The notes: generated from the letters alone by a model not told the origin. Positions 18,384-28,452 are shown, counted from the first letter of the stretch. The stretch: 40,868 nt of DNA from a bacterium (GCA_041497675.1 JBGQGY010000016.1:1-40868); one strand, 5' to 3'. Numbers and translations: made by a program.

Positions 18384-19319
18384 CTAGACCTCTGCGGCGC
18401 GGGGCGACGACAACCACACACCGAGCAGCACGACGGTGCCGCCGATGATCTGCAGGAGTCCCAGCGGCTCGCCGAGCACGATGCGGGCGGTGATCAGCGC
18501 GACCACCGGAATGAGATTTCCCAGCGCCGAGGTGCGGACTCCGCCGACCACCCGGACGGATCGAGACCAGATCACGTAACTGAGCGCGACCGCAAACACC
18601 GACGAAAATACCACGGCCCCCCACGAGGCCGGGCGCACCGACGCCCAGGACATCCGCGCCAGTTCCGGCGCGCCGGCGAGCAAAAGAAACGGCAGGCCAA
18701 GGAACAGCGTCACGGTCGTGAGCCACAGCGGTGAGGCCCGTTCGAGCATCGGCCGGGAGAGTACCGTATAGGCGGCCCAGCAGGCCGTCGAGATGAGCAC
18801 CAGCAGATCGCCGGTGAGTGTCGCCAGCCCCAACCCCAGCCCGCCTCGTCCCTCGATGAGCGCCAGCAGGCCGGCGAACGCCACGACCAGGCCCAGCCAC
18901 ATGCGCGCCGTCGGTCGTTCGAGCCCGAGGGCGACCGACAGCAGGCCAACGAAGATCGGTGAGATGGCCAGAATGAGCGCCGCGTTACCCGCTGTCGTAC
19001 GCGCGAGCCCGGCGATGAAGAAGATCTGATAGGCCGCGTGCCCTAAGACGCCAAGCATGACGAGGGTCGGGAGATCCCGTTTCGAGATGGTCGGCCCGCC
19101 GACCGGTGCGGGGCGTTCCAGAAACCGCACCGCGATCACCAGCAGGATGGCGGCCGCGCCGTAGCGCACCGCCGCAAAGACAAAAGGAGGAAAATCCCGG
19201 AGGGCGGTTTTGATGACGGTGAAGTTAACGCCCCAGATGAGAATCAGCAGGAACATCGCGGCGTGGACCCGCCGGGATTCCGCGCGCCGCGGAGGCGCGG
19301 CCACTGGTCGAACCGTCAC
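18384..19319 (-). CDS. DMT superfamily (EamA) transporter
   Basis: IWGVNF, about 10 TM segments, two EamA-like repeats, LGEPL...IGG. Confidence 0.9.
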   Translation of the reverse strand: MTVRPVAAPPRRAESRRVHAAMFLLILIWGVNFTVIKTALRDFPPFVFAAVRYGAAAILLVIAVRFLERPAPVGGPTISKRDLPTLVMLGVLGHAAYQIFFIAGLARTTAGNAALILAISPIFVGLLSVALGLERPTARMWLGLVVAFAGLLALIEGRGGLGLGLATLTGDLLVLISTACWAAYTVLSRPMLERASPLWLTTVTLFLGLPFLLLAGAPELARMSWASVRPASWGAVVFSSVFAVALSYVIWSRSVRVVGGVRTSALGNLIPVVALITARIVLGEPLGLLQIIGGTVVLLGVWLSSPRAAEV

Positions 19320-19320
19320 G

Positions 19321-20283
19321 CTACAACCAGCCCTTCAGTCGCTCCAGGTCGACGTTGGCCCCACTGAGCACCGCGACCGTCGGCCCGCTCCCCACGCGGA
19401 CCCGGCCGGCCATCAGGGCCGCCACGGCGGCGGCTCCGGCCGGCTCGACGAGCAGTTTGGCGCGCTCCAGCACCAGCCGGATGGCGGCGACAATCTCCGC
19501 GTCGGACACTTCCACCACCTCGTCGACGAGCCGGCGCACGATGTCGAGCGTGCGGTCGCTGACGGCCGGCGCCCCCAGCCCATCGGCGATCGAGTCGATC
19601 CGTGCCAGCCGCACGGGGTGCCCGGCGGCGAGGGCGGCACGCATGGCATTGGACCCGGTGGGCTCGACCCCGACGATCCGCGTGCGCGGGTTCAGTTCAC
19701 GCAGCGCCGTCGCGATGCCGCTGATCAACCCTCCGCCGCCGATCGGCACCACAACCAGCGCGGCGTCGGGCACATCTTCGTGGATTTCGAGTCCAACGGT
19801 CCCCTGTCCCGCGATGACATCCGGGTGATCAAATGGATGCACGGGAATGAGCCCCTGCTCGACTTGGAGCCGCTCGAACAGGGCCCAGGCTTCGGCGACC
19901 TCACCGTGGAGGACCACCTCGGCGCCGTAGGCGCGGCACGCCGCCACTTTGCTCTGCACCGCGCTCGCCGGCATGACGACCACACACCGGATCTGTTCCG
20001 GGGCGGCGGCGTAGGCCACCGCCTGCGCATGATTGCCGGCGGAGATCGTGACAATGCCCCTGGTACGCGCGTCCGGCCCGAGCCGCCTGATCGCATTGGT
20101 CGCGCCCCTGGGCTTGAACGACCCGGTCTTCTGGAGGCTCTCGGCCTTGAGAAAAACCGGCCCGCCCACCAGGCGGGCGAGTGTCTGCGAGGTGAGCATC
20201 GGCGTGCGGTGCACGCGGTCGGCAATGCGCGCGCGTGCATCGCGAATATCGGCCAGCGTCACGGGGCGATCAGTCTCGGCCAT
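19321..20283 (-). CDS. Threonine/serine dehydratase (PLP fold II, no ACT domain)
   Basis: KAESLQKTGSFKPRGA, SAGNHAQ, HPFD, PIGGGGLISG, EPAGA, LSGAN. Confidence 0.9.
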   Translation of the reverse strand: MAETDRPVTLADIRDARARIADRVHRTPMLTSQTLARLVGGPVFLKAESLQKTGSFKPRGATNAIRRLGPDARTRGIVTISAGNHAQAVAYAAAPEQIRCVVVMPASAVQSKVAACRAYGAEVVLHGEVAEAWALFERLQVEQGLIPVHPFDHPDVIAGQGTVGLEIHEDVPDAALVVVPIGGGGLISGIATALRELNPRTRIVGVEPTGSNAMRAALAAGHPVRLARIDSIADGLGAPAVSDRTLDIVRRLVDEVVEVSDAEIVAAIRLVLERAKLLVEPAGAAAVAALMAGRVRVGSGPTVAVLSGANVDLERLKGWL

Positions 20284-20289
20284 GAAGGG

Positions 20290-21435
20290 TCAGAACCACG
20301 CCGCGAGACGCGTGGCCTCGAACCGACGCTTCTCTTCAAGTGTCTCGGGACTGGGACTCGCGACCTCAATGGTCGGCTGGGGCTCGGTGAAGAAGTGCCC
20401 TCGCACTGCCGTAGCCTTACCTTCACCCACTTCGAAAAAGCAATAACCGTAACCGTCGAAGCCAGCCGCCTCACCCGACCCCGCGAACCGGCCGGCGATC
20501 ACGTCGGCGGCGATCCGGCCCTGCGCCTCAGCGAACATACCCGCCTTCGGGAGCATCATCCCGTTGGCCAAGGGCATCTCCGTCACGTCACCGACGGCAA
20601 ACACGTTGGTTGCGTCTTCGACCTCGCAGGTATCGTTGCGCGGGCGGATCCACTCTGGGCGGGCCAGACCACTCGCCTTCACCACCGCTGGCGCGCGGTG
20701 TGGCGCCACCCCGATGAACACGTCGTACCTTCGACGCTCGGTCTCAAACACAACTTCTGACCCCTCGATGGCAACGACCTTCCGGCCGGGGAAGAAGCGG
20801 ATCCCCCGCGCGGCCATCCGGGTTTCAACTTCCGCGCAGGCGACCGGCCCCGCGACTGGTAGCGATGACGGCTGCGGCGTGAACACTTCCAGTTCGACAC
20901 GGTCACGCACGCCACGCCGCCGCAACGCCTCATCGATGAGGAAGGCGGCTTCGTACGGTGCCGGGGGGCATTTGTAGGGCGCGCCCAGAATGCCGATCCC
21001 GAGGCGCCCGCGATCGATGCGGGCGACGCGCGCGGCGATCGCCTCGGCCTGCTCGGGATCGTACAGGCTCGACCCGGTGGGGTCGAAGCCCGGCACCAGA
21101 TCCGGACGGAGTTCGGCGCCCAGCGCGATGATCAGCGCATCGTAGCCGACGGCACCGGTCGTGATCGTCACGGTCTTGCCGGCCACGTCGATGCCGCGTA
21201 CCTCGTCGCGGACGTAGCGGATGCCTTTGCGCGCCAGGTGTTCGAGGGACCGCGTCCCTGAGGCCCGGTCGGCCAGACCGACGAGCACAGGGATGATCCT
21301 CAAACCCATCATGAACGTCCCGCGGCGATCGATGAGCGTGACGTCCACGTCGTCGCGGAGGCGTTCCTTCAGCCGGTGTGCGGCGGCCACTCCGCCGAAC
21401 CCGCCGCCGAGAATCACACATCGCGTCGTTGCCAT
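20290..21435 (-). CDS. FAD-dependent oxidoreductase, sulfide:quinone oxidoreductase-like
   Basis: GGGFGG, YKCPPAPYE, FAVGD, LPKAG, GYCF (two SQR-type Cys). Confidence 0.8.
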   Translation of the reverse strand: MATTRCVILGGGFGGVAAAHRLKERLRDDVDVTLIDRRGTFMMGLRIIPVLVGLADRASGTRSLEHLARKGIRYVRDEVRGIDVAGKTVTITTGAVGYDALIIALGAELRPDLVPGFDPTGSSLYDPEQAEAIAARVARIDRGRLGIGILGAPYKCPPAPYEAAFLIDEALRRRGVRDRVELEVFTPQPSSLPVAGPVACAEVETRMAARGIRFFPGRKVVAIEGSEVVFETERRRYDVFIGVAPHRAPAVVKASGLARPEWIRPRNDTCEVEDATNVFAVGDVTEMPLANGMMLPKAGMFAEAQGRIAADVIAGRFAGSGEAAGFDGYGYCFFEVGEGKATAVRGHFFTEPQPTIEVASPSPETLEEKRRFEATRLAAWF

Positions 21436-21444
21436 CGTTACCCT

Positions 21445-21471
21445 ATTTCTGTCCACATGCGGCCGCGTCCT
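21445..21471 (-). promoter_or_regulatory. sigmaH-like promoter motif (AGGA...AGAAAT; AGG-N19-GAA)
   Basis: AGG 21471-21469, GAA 21449-21447, ATG at 21435. Confidence 0.5.
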
Positions 21472-21539
21472 GTCCGATAGGTCCCAGTCTGGTGTTCGGC
21501 CGCGAGCCCACGTAACGGGGCATACGTGTAGATGGACCT

Positions 21540-21899
21540 ATGTGGAGGACCCTGCTGATCGTGGCCACCGCGTTCGCGTCCGGCGGATGCCTGATGATCG
21601 CGCCGAGACCCGATCTGCCGCCAAACCGGTTCGTCGAACGCGCCATCGTGATCTCAGTCGAGGGCACACCGGGTCTCGCGTTCGAAGGATCCTACGGCAC
21701 CCCGTCGGGCACGATCTCCGCCCGCGGGACGGTCCCCGCGCAGTACACGGTGAAGACGTCGGTCGCGGTCATTGCGGCGTTCACCAAGAGCACCGAGGAC
21801 GGCGAACTCGTCGTCAGACTCCTTGTGGACGGCAAAGAGCGTCAGACGCGGAGTACGACGGGGCCTTTTGGCACCGTCATCGTCGAGCAGCGGTTCTGA
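21540..21899 (+). CDS. Small putative lipoprotein, beta-sandwich-like
   Basis: Signal with ASGGC; ISVEGTPGLAFEGSYG...LVVRLLVDGKE. Confidence 0.7.
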   Translation: MWRTLLIVATAFASGGCLMIAPRPDLPPNRFVERAIVISVEGTPGLAFEGSYGTPSGTISARGTVPAQYTVKTSVAVIAAFTKSTEDGELVVRLLVDGKERQTRSTTGPFGTVIVEQRF

Positions 21900-23877
21900 G
21901 CGATTCCCTGAACGCCCGCTCGATCTTCCTGAAAGCGTCTGCCCACGTCCGGCGGTGCGTAAACACGTGGGTCTCGTCCGGATAGTAGTGGGTCTCGAAG
22001 CGCCGCCCGTGCTTCACACAGTCCCGCACGATCTGATCGAGCTGCTCGAACGACACCGACTCATCACCCGTGCCGTGCAGGTTGACCAATGGGGCGGCCA
22101 TCTGATGCACCCAGTGCCGGGGCGATGCGCGGCGCCAGACATCCGGGGCCTCCTCCTCCGATCCACCCAGACGCGTCTTAAAGTACCCGGCGGCCGGCCA
22201 CAGCACCCGCTTGGCCCACTGGGCCCAGAGCGATCGATCCCACACGCCCGCGATGTTGACGCCCAGCGCGAAGACGTCCGGATGTTTCGCAAGCGATCCG
22301 AGCGTGAGATGCCCGCCGTAGCTGATGCCCCACACCCCGACGCGGTCGGGATCCACATAAGGGAGGTGTTTGAGGTAGCGCGCCGCGGCGACCACATCGG
22401 CCACGTCGTCGACGCCCATCCCGCAATAGTTCCCCTGCTCAAACCCGACGCCGTATCCGGTTCCACCCCGATAGTTGGGCGCGAGGGTCACGTACCCGCG
22501 GTGCGCCAGGTAGAGGGTGAATGCGTGGAAGATGGATGTGCCATAGGTGGGATGCCATCCGTCTCTCACCTGTGACATCGGACCGCCATGCACCCACACC
22601 AGCGCCGGGTATCGCTTGCCGGGTTCGCGCTCCGGCGGCGCATAGAGATACCCGTGGATCGTCCAATCGCGCGCCGATGGAAAGGTCACGTGCACCGGAG
22701 CGACCATCTTCTCGCGCGTCCATGACGCCGGGAGCGAGCGGGTGAGCCGCCGCGGGTGCTCGCCGCCCGAGCCCATGAGCCACAGATCGGTCGACTCGAT
22801 GGGTCCGCAAAACGAGTAGATGATCTGATCGCCGTCCGGCGACCAGATCCCCTGTGTCGCGTTCCCAGCCTCGAAGGTCAATTGCCGCAGCGCGCCTCCG
22901 GGTACGTCGAGCGTCCACAACTGGCGATGCCCCAGGTCGGTGCGGCTCGACGAAAACAGGATCTGCCGGCCGTCGGGCGACCACTGCGGTGGATCGTCGG
23001 CGTGACCGATGTCCTCACACGCGCCGTCGGTGAGCTGGCGCATCCAGCCGGTAGCCAGGTCGAACGCAAACAGATGATCCCAGCCGGTGTGGCGGAGCAC
23101 GAAGAGCAGCATCGTTCGATCCGGGGAGAGTTGCGGCTCGACCGGAAAGATGAGCCCCTTCGCATCGTGTTCGACGTGCAGCAGCCTCGGTCCGGCCCCG
23201 GCGCCCGGGGTGACCAGATAGTGTTCACGCCTCCGGGCGCCCTCGAGCGTGACCACGTAATACAGCCGGCGCGCGTCCAGCCAGAGCACGTGCCCGGCAG
23301 GATCACCGACGCCCGCCTGCCAGACGAGACGGCCGTCAGCCACCGACACGACGGCCAGCTCCCGCTGGGGAGTGCCGTCATCGCGCCGGAGCACGCAGGC
23401 CAGCGCTGCGCTGTCCGGCGACCACCGCAGCGCCGGGCGGCGGATCTCGCCGTCGAGACGCCCCGGCAGATCGATCGCGCGGGTGGCGCCGGTCTCCGGC
23501 CGCCACAGCCACAGGCGCCCATCGCGGGCAAACGCCAGCACGTTGCCGTCGGGCGACCACACCGGCGTGCTCTCCGGGGCCGACGGCGTTTCGCTCACGC
23601 AGATCGGCTGATCGGCCGCGCGCAGATCCCAGAGCACCCACAGATTCTTGTCACGGATGTACGCGACGGCGCCGCCGCGCGGATGCCAGTCAAACTCCGT
23701 GACGCGCCCCTCGCCGCCGGAGAGCCGCCGCACCTCGCCGGTCGCCATCTCGGCCAGCCACAACTGGTCGTGCCCGTACTCGTACCAGATGAAAGCCACG
23801 CGGCCGCCGGCCGGTGACCATCGATGGTGATCCGGGTGACGCAGATGCAGGACCTCGTCAAAGGTAACGGCGGGCAC
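21877..23877 (-). CDS. S9 family peptidase (acylaminoacyl/dipeptidyl peptidase-like) with beta-propeller
   Basis: Repeated WSPDG blades, VHGGP, NYRGGTGYG, GISYGG nucleophile, HGTGD, ETH; no signal peptide. Confidence 0.93.
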   Translation of the reverse strand: MPAVTFDEVLHLRHPDHHRWSPAGGRVAFIWYEYGHDQLWLAEMATGEVRRLSGGEGRVTEFDWHPRGGAVAYIRDKNLWVLWDLRAADQPICVSETPSAPESTPVWSPDGNVLAFARDGRLWLWRPETGATRAIDLPGRLDGEIRRPALRWSPDSAALACVLRRDDGTPQRELAVVSVADGRLVWQAGVGDPAGHVLWLDARRLYYVVTLEGARRREHYLVTPGAGAGPRLLHVEHDAKGLIFPVEPQLSPDRTMLLFVLRHTGWDHLFAFDLATGWMRQLTDGACEDIGHADDPPQWSPDGRQILFSSSRTDLGHRQLWTLDVPGGALRQLTFEAGNATQGIWSPDGDQIIYSFCGPIESTDLWLMGSGGEHPRRLTRSLPASWTREKMVAPVHVTFPSARDWTIHGYLYAPPEREPGKRYPALVWVHGGPMSQVRDGWHPTYGTSIFHAFTLYLAHRGYVTLAPNYRGGTGYGVGFEQGNYCGMGVDDVADVVAAARYLKHLPYVDPDRVGVWGISYGGHLTLGSLAKHPDVFALGVNIAGVWDRSLWAQWAKRVLWPAAGYFKTRLGGSEEEAPDVWRRASPRHWVHQMAAPLVNLHGTGDESVSFEQLDQIVRDCVKHGRRFETHYYPDETHVFTHRRTWADAFRKIERAFRESLRTAARR

Positions 23878-23887
23878 AGTTGCTGGA

Positions 23888-23952
23888 CTTCTCTCCGCGC
23901 CCGCGGCCGCCCTTCACGGTGGCCGCGAGGGGTTCAGACGCCCTGGGCGAAG
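23888..23952. promoter_or_regulatory. Back-to-back pair of sigmaH-like promoter motifs
   Basis: Minus: AGG 23913-23911, N19, GAAG 23891-23888; plus: AGG 23928-23930, N18, GAAG 23949-23952. Confidence 0.55.
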
Positions 23953-23963
23953 TTCCCACCGCC

Positions 23964-24944
23964 ATGACCTTCAAACGACTGGGACACACCGGGCTGCGCG
24001 TGTCGGCCGTCGGCCTTGGCTGCGGCAACTTCGGCGGTATCGGCAGCGCCTCGGCGTTGTTTGGCAAGGGGGAATCCGAACAGGCCGCGTTCGCCGTGCT
24101 GGACGCGGCCTTGGAGATGGGGATCACCCTCTTCGACACCGCGAACGCGTACGGCGGCGGGCGAAGCGAAACCTATATCGGCAACTGGCTGAGCGCAAAA
24201 GGATCAAGTGTTCGCAACCAGGTGCTGGTGAGTACCAAGGTCCTCAATCCTGTTGGGCCCGATCCCAACGACCGGGGACTCTCCCGGCGTCACGTGATGC
24301 TGCAAATTGAGGCGAGCCTGCGGCGGTTGCAGACGGAGTATGTCGACATGTACTTGATCCACGGGCCGGATCCCGACACGCCGATCGACGAGACTCTGCG
24401 GGCCTTCGACGATATCGTCCGTGCCGGTAAGGCGCGTTATGTGGGCGCCTGCAATATGACGGCGTCGGAAACAGGGGAGGCGCATGCGATCGGCGACCGG
24501 CTTCGACTAACACGCTTCGGCTGGGTGCAGAACAATTATAGCCTGCTCGAACGCGACGACGAACGCGAGATGTTGCCCCTGTGTGCCAGCCTGGGGCTCG
24601 GGTACACACCCTTCAGCCCGCTGGCCGGCGGCTGGCTGACGGGCAAATACCGGACACACGGCGACTACCCCGCCGGTTCACGCATGACGCTCCGTCCCGA
24701 GCCATACGCCGGACTTGAGCACCCCGCCACGTTTGCCGCGCTGGACCGCCTGCGCGCGGAGGCCGCCCGCCGGGGCGTGAGCATGGCGGGACTGGCGCTT
24801 GCCTGGGTGATGTCTCACCCTGTCGTCACCGCTCCGATCATCGGGCCCCGCCGGCCCGACCACCTTGACCCCGTGCGAGAAGCCATGGACATCCGCCTCA
24901 CCGGCGCGGAGCGCGAGCACCTCGCGACCTTCTTCGCGCAATGA
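23964..24944 (+). CDS. Aldo/keto reductase
   Basis: LGHTGLRVSAVGLG, FDTANAYGGGRSE, STK, DMYLIH, PFSPLAGGWLTGKY; start trimmed to MTFKRLG. Confidence 0.93.
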   Translation: MTFKRLGHTGLRVSAVGLGCGNFGGIGSASALFGKGESEQAAFAVLDAALEMGITLFDTANAYGGGRSETYIGNWLSAKGSSVRNQVLVSTKVLNPVGPDPNDRGLSRRHVMLQIEASLRRLQTEYVDMYLIHGPDPDTPIDETLRAFDDIVRAGKARYVGACNMTASETGEAHAIGDRLRLTRFGWVQNNYSLLERDDEREMLPLCASLGLGYTPFSPLAGGWLTGKYRTHGDYPAGSRMTLRPEPYAGLEHPATFAALDRLRAEAARRGVSMAGLALAWVMSHPVVTAPIIGPRRPDHLDPVREAMDIRLTGAEREHLATFFAQ

Positions 24945-24950
24945 CTCGTG

Positions 24951-26615
24951 CTACGGGCGCGGCCGGACGCGCGGCAGGTGGGTGAAGCGTCGCGGCTCAG
25001 GCATCTCGCCGACCGGTACGTCGATCAGCGTTGGGCCGGTCCGCGCAAAGGCCGCGCGAAGGGCCGCGCCAAGTTCCGGCGGGCCACTGGCGCGGGCCGC
25101 CGGGATTCCGAAACTCTCCGCTAGTTTCACAAAATCGGGGTTGAGCAAATCCGTGGCGATCACCCGTCCGCCGTGCAAGACTTTCTGCATGCGTCGCACG
25201 TTGCCGTACGCGTTGTCGTTGAAGACGACGGCCACCACGCCCAGACGATGCTGCGCCGCCGTTGCGAGTTCCGCCGCCGTAAACATGAAGCCCCCATCAC
25301 CCGAGATCGACAGCACGGCGCGGTCGGGATGAGCCACCTTCACACCGAGCGCGGTCGCATACCCGTAGCCCAATGTCCCCTGATAGCCGGGCGTGATAAG
25401 CGTTCGCGAACGGTACACTGGGTGGGCGTACCGCGCCACATAGGCGACCTGTGTCATTTCATCCACGATGATGCCATCGTCGGGTAACGCCGCGCGGATA
25501 GCACGCAGAAAATCGTACTGTGGTTGAAGCTCCGTAAACGCCTGATCGAACTCCGTCTTGAGCGCGAGCAACTCGGCTTCACGCGACCCGCGCACCCGGT
25601 TGTACGCCGGCACCGCATCGCGCAGCGCGGCCAGGGCGACGCGGGCATCGGCGACGATCCCAATGGCCGGGGCGTGGATGCGCTCGATCTCTTCCGGATC
25701 GATGTCGATGCGTATCAGCGTCAGCGCGTCATCGATGCCCCAAGCGGTCAGCGGCCTCTGCAGCCGCGTGCCCACCGCCAAGACGACATCCGCCTCCCCC
25801 CACAACCGGTGACCACCGGGGCCGTGCAGACCGAGATAGTGCCGGTCGCTGACCGCGCCTCGTCCGTGTGTGGCCGACACCACCGGCGCCTGGAGCATTT
25901 CCGCCACGGCGAGCAGTTCTGGCCCGGCATCATCGACGCCGCTCCCGACCATGATGAGCGGCCGCTCGGCCCGCCCGAGGAGCGCCGCGGCCCGTTCGAT
26001 CGCAGCGGGATCAGGCGCGGGCGCGTGATAGATGCCCGGTGGGTCTTGCAGCGTCACATCCGCCTCGGCGGCCAGCACATCGGTGGGGATCTCGAGCGCC
26101 ACCGGGCGGGGCCGTCCAGTATGTAAGTGGTGGAACGCTGCATTGACGAGCGCTGGCGCCTGCGTCGGATGCTCGATGCGGGCCGCCCACTTCGTCAGCC
26201 CCCGCAGGATGGCGAGCTGATCGGGGATTTCGTGCAGCATCCCCCAACCCCGCCCGATCTGATCGCTCGGAATCTGACCGCTGATGCACAACACGCGCGC
26301 GTTGGTCGAATACGCGGTCGCCAGCGCCGCGGTCGTGTTCAGCACGCCGGGGCCTGGGACGACGGCGTACGCGCCGACGCGGCCGGTCGACTTCGCGTAC
26401 CCGTAGGCCATGTACGCCGCGCCCTGTTCGTGGCGGGTGTGGATCACGCGGATCGCGCCGTGGGCGTCGAAGAGCGCGTTGAACAACGCATCGTTCTGCA
26501 CGCCCGGCAGCGCAAACAGCACGTCAACGCCGTGGCGGCGAAGCATCTCCACCAGGGCCTGGCCACCGGTCATCCGCGTCGTCACGGCGCGGCCGGCTAT
26601 CGACTCACGTACCAT
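24951..26615 (-). CDS. Thiamine diphosphate-dependent enzyme (acetolactate synthase large subunit-like)
   Basis: TRHEQGAAYMA, PGPG, GTLGYG, GDGGF...VFNDNAYG; AAGGAG SD before ATG 26615. Confidence 0.9.
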   Translation of the reverse strand: MVRESIAGRAVTTRMTGGQALVEMLRRHGVDVLFALPGVQNDALFNALFDAHGAIRVIHTRHEQGAAYMAYGYAKSTGRVGAYAVVPGPGVLNTTAALATAYSTNARVLCISGQIPSDQIGRGWGMLHEIPDQLAILRGLTKWAARIEHPTQAPALVNAAFHHLHTGRPRPVALEIPTDVLAAEADVTLQDPPGIYHAPAPDPAAIERAAALLGRAERPLIMVGSGVDDAGPELLAVAEMLQAPVVSATHGRGAVSDRHYLGLHGPGGHRLWGEADVVLAVGTRLQRPLTAWGIDDALTLIRIDIDPEEIERIHAPAIGIVADARVALAALRDAVPAYNRVRGSREAELLALKTEFDQAFTELQPQYDFLRAIRAALPDDGIIVDEMTQVAYVARYAHPVYRSRTLITPGYQGTLGYGYATALGVKVAHPDRAVLSISGDGGFMFTAAELATAAQHRLGVVAVVFNDNAYGNVRRMQKVLHGGRVIATDLLNPDFVKLAESFGIPAARASGPPELGAALRAAFARTGPTLIDVPVGEMPEPRRFTHLPRVRPRP

Positions 26616-27454
26616 CGCTCGATCTCCTTGCGCAGCGTCTCGGGATCGGGAAACGCCGCTTCCGTTGCTCGGATCCACTGCCGTACGTCGTCGCCGCTCG
26701 GCAACACGTCACGGCATGGGACATCAAAGGCGTACGCCGAGAAGGATGTCGTTGGCAGGATCTGATCCAGCGCCAGGACTTCCGCGTGGCGTCGGGCGAG
26801 GATGTGCAGGTAGACGCGCTGGTAGACCTGTGGGTCGTACGCTGTTGGACCAGGTGCGGCACCGGGCACCCCAAGCTCGTGTCCAACAGTTAATATCTGC
26901 CGCCACAAGTCGCGCAACACCTGAGGCGGGGCGTCTTCCCTCTCACGCTCATGGAGCGGCCGCTGCGCGCGGCGGTCGCGCTCGGCCTCGAGATGACGCC
27001 GCACGTCACGCGAGGGCACCGGGATGACGAACCGTGTCGAGCGCGCCGTCAAGACGGGTTCGACCGTGTCATCGGCGGGCCGCGCCAGCTCGACGAAGCG
27101 GTGTCCGACAAACGGCGTCTCGCCGATCAATAAGTGTTCAGAGCTGGGATGCTCCTGATCCCACCGGCCGACCGCCTGGCGCGCCCATCGTCCCGCGGCG
27201 ACGCGGATCGTGCCATGCGTGACCCCATCGACCTGTGGATACCGGCCGCCGGCTTCGCTCCGCTCGAAGACCGGACGCGCGGTGTCCCACTGCACCAGGT
27301 GGATCGTTCGACCGCGGGCGTGGGCGAGGTGGGCCAGTTGGTGGATCAGCAGGCTCTTGCCGGTACCCGGCAGACCGGCGAAGAACACCAGCCGGCCCTC
27401 TTCCAACAGCCCCACAAGCGAACGGTAGAGGGGCGAGCCGGGATCAAGAATCAT
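26597..27454 (-). CDS. Uncharacterised P-loop NTP-binding protein
   Basis: VFFAGLPGTGKS Walker A; LLIGE; overlaps both neighbours. Confidence 0.75.
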   Translation of the reverse strand: MILDPGSPLYRSLVGLLEEGRLVFFAGLPGTGKSLLIHQLAHLAHARGRTIHLVQWDTARPVFERSEAGGRYPQVDGVTHGTIRVAAGRWARQAVGRWDQEHPSSEHLLIGETPFVGHRFVELARPADDTVEPVLTARSTRFVIPVPSRDVRRHLEAERDRRAQRPLHEREREDAPPQVLRDLWRQILTVGHELGVPGAAPGPTAYDPQVYQRVYLHILARRHAEVLALDQILPTTSFSAYAFDVPCRDVLPSGDDVRQWIRATEAAFPDPETLRKEIERWYVSR

Positions 27455-28386
27455 TCCAACCGGACTCCTGTCGCCTCCGCGGCCCGCCAGACTCGAAGCG
27501 TCTGCGCGAGCCCCTCGTCCAGCGATACGTATGCGAAGGGGCCAAAATCCGCCTGGAATCGCGTGTCGCTCAGGTCGCCCGCGATTGGCAGAGGGCTCTC
27601 CTCAAAAGTGATCAGACCCGCCGCGCCGGCAGCGGTTTCGATCGCCCGGGCCGCATCGGCGACCGGCGTCACGGTCCCGCGCAGGTTGTAGACGCGGGCG
27701 CCGTCCCCGGGTCTGAGCGCCGCGGCGATAAACGCCCGTGCCACGTCGGAAGCGTGCTGCAGCGCGATCGTCCCACCGAACCGAATCCGAAAGGCGTCGC
27801 CCCGGGCGGCGTGCGCGAGCGCGACGGTGATATCGGAGGTCACGCCGACATCGCGGCCGGGGCCGTAGACGGTGTGGGGCCGAACGCCCACGCTCCGAAC
27901 GCCGTACTCGCGATGATAGACGGCGGCCATCTCCTCGTTCGCGCGTTTGAACGCGCCGTACAGCGTTTGAGGCCCGAGACCCTCGTCTTCACCAAGCGGA
28001 CGCCCACGGTCGGGTCCGTACACGGCCACACTCGAGGCATAGACAACCGGAAATCCCCGCGCGCGCGCCTGTTCCAGCATCCGCATCGTCCCGCCCACGT
28101 TGACTTCCACGCAGCGCGCCGGGTTCGCCCGGCACAGCGGGATCTGCAGCGCGGCCAGGTGAATGACCGCGTCCACCCGCTCGCGCCTCAGCAGGTCGTC
28201 CAACGTCGCACCGTCGCAGATGTCCACCCGGAAGACGGGAAAGGCGCCCTCGACGCCGAGTAGCCGCAACCGGTGTGTCTCGGCGGAGAGATCGGCACCG
28301 ATGGGCTGGTGCCCCTCTCGCAACAGGATGGACGCCACCCAGGCGCCGATGCAGCCGTGCACCCCGGTGATCAGGATCCTGGCCAC
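27451..28386 (-). CDS. NAD-dependent epimerase/dehydratase (extended SDR)
   Basis: TGVHGCIG, HLAA, ASSVAVYG, YGAFK, VYGPG; AGGAGG SD. Confidence 0.92.
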   Translation of the reverse strand: MARILITGVHGCIGAWVASILLREGHQPIGADLSAETHRLRLLGVEGAFPVFRVDICDGATLDDLLRRERVDAVIHLAALQIPLCRANPARCVEVNVGGTMRMLEQARARGFPVVYASSVAVYGPDRGRPLGEDEGLGPQTLYGAFKRANEEMAAVYHREYGVRSVGVRPHTVYGPGRDVGVTSDITVALAHAARGDAFRIRFGGTIALQHASDVARAFIAAALRPGDGARVYNLRGTVTPVADAARAIETAAGAAGLITFEESPLPIAGDLSDTRFQADFGPFAYVSLDEGLAQTLRVWRAAEATGVRLE

Positions 28387-28409
28387 GGGCTCCTCCTAAG
28401 GGTTGGCGC

Positions 28410-28445
28410 AAAAGAGAAGAGGGGAGAAGCGTAGCCTCTCCCCTC
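28410..28445 (-). terminator. Intrinsic terminator of the 23S-5S operon
   Basis: GAGGGGAGAGGC-TAC-GCTTCTCCCCTC followed by TTCTCTTTT, just after 5S. Confidence 0.85.
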
Positions 28446-28452
28446 GACATTA

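Noticed and set aside
19210..20760. 516-aa plus-strand ORF
   Set aside because: Shadow of the dehydratase and SQR-like genes
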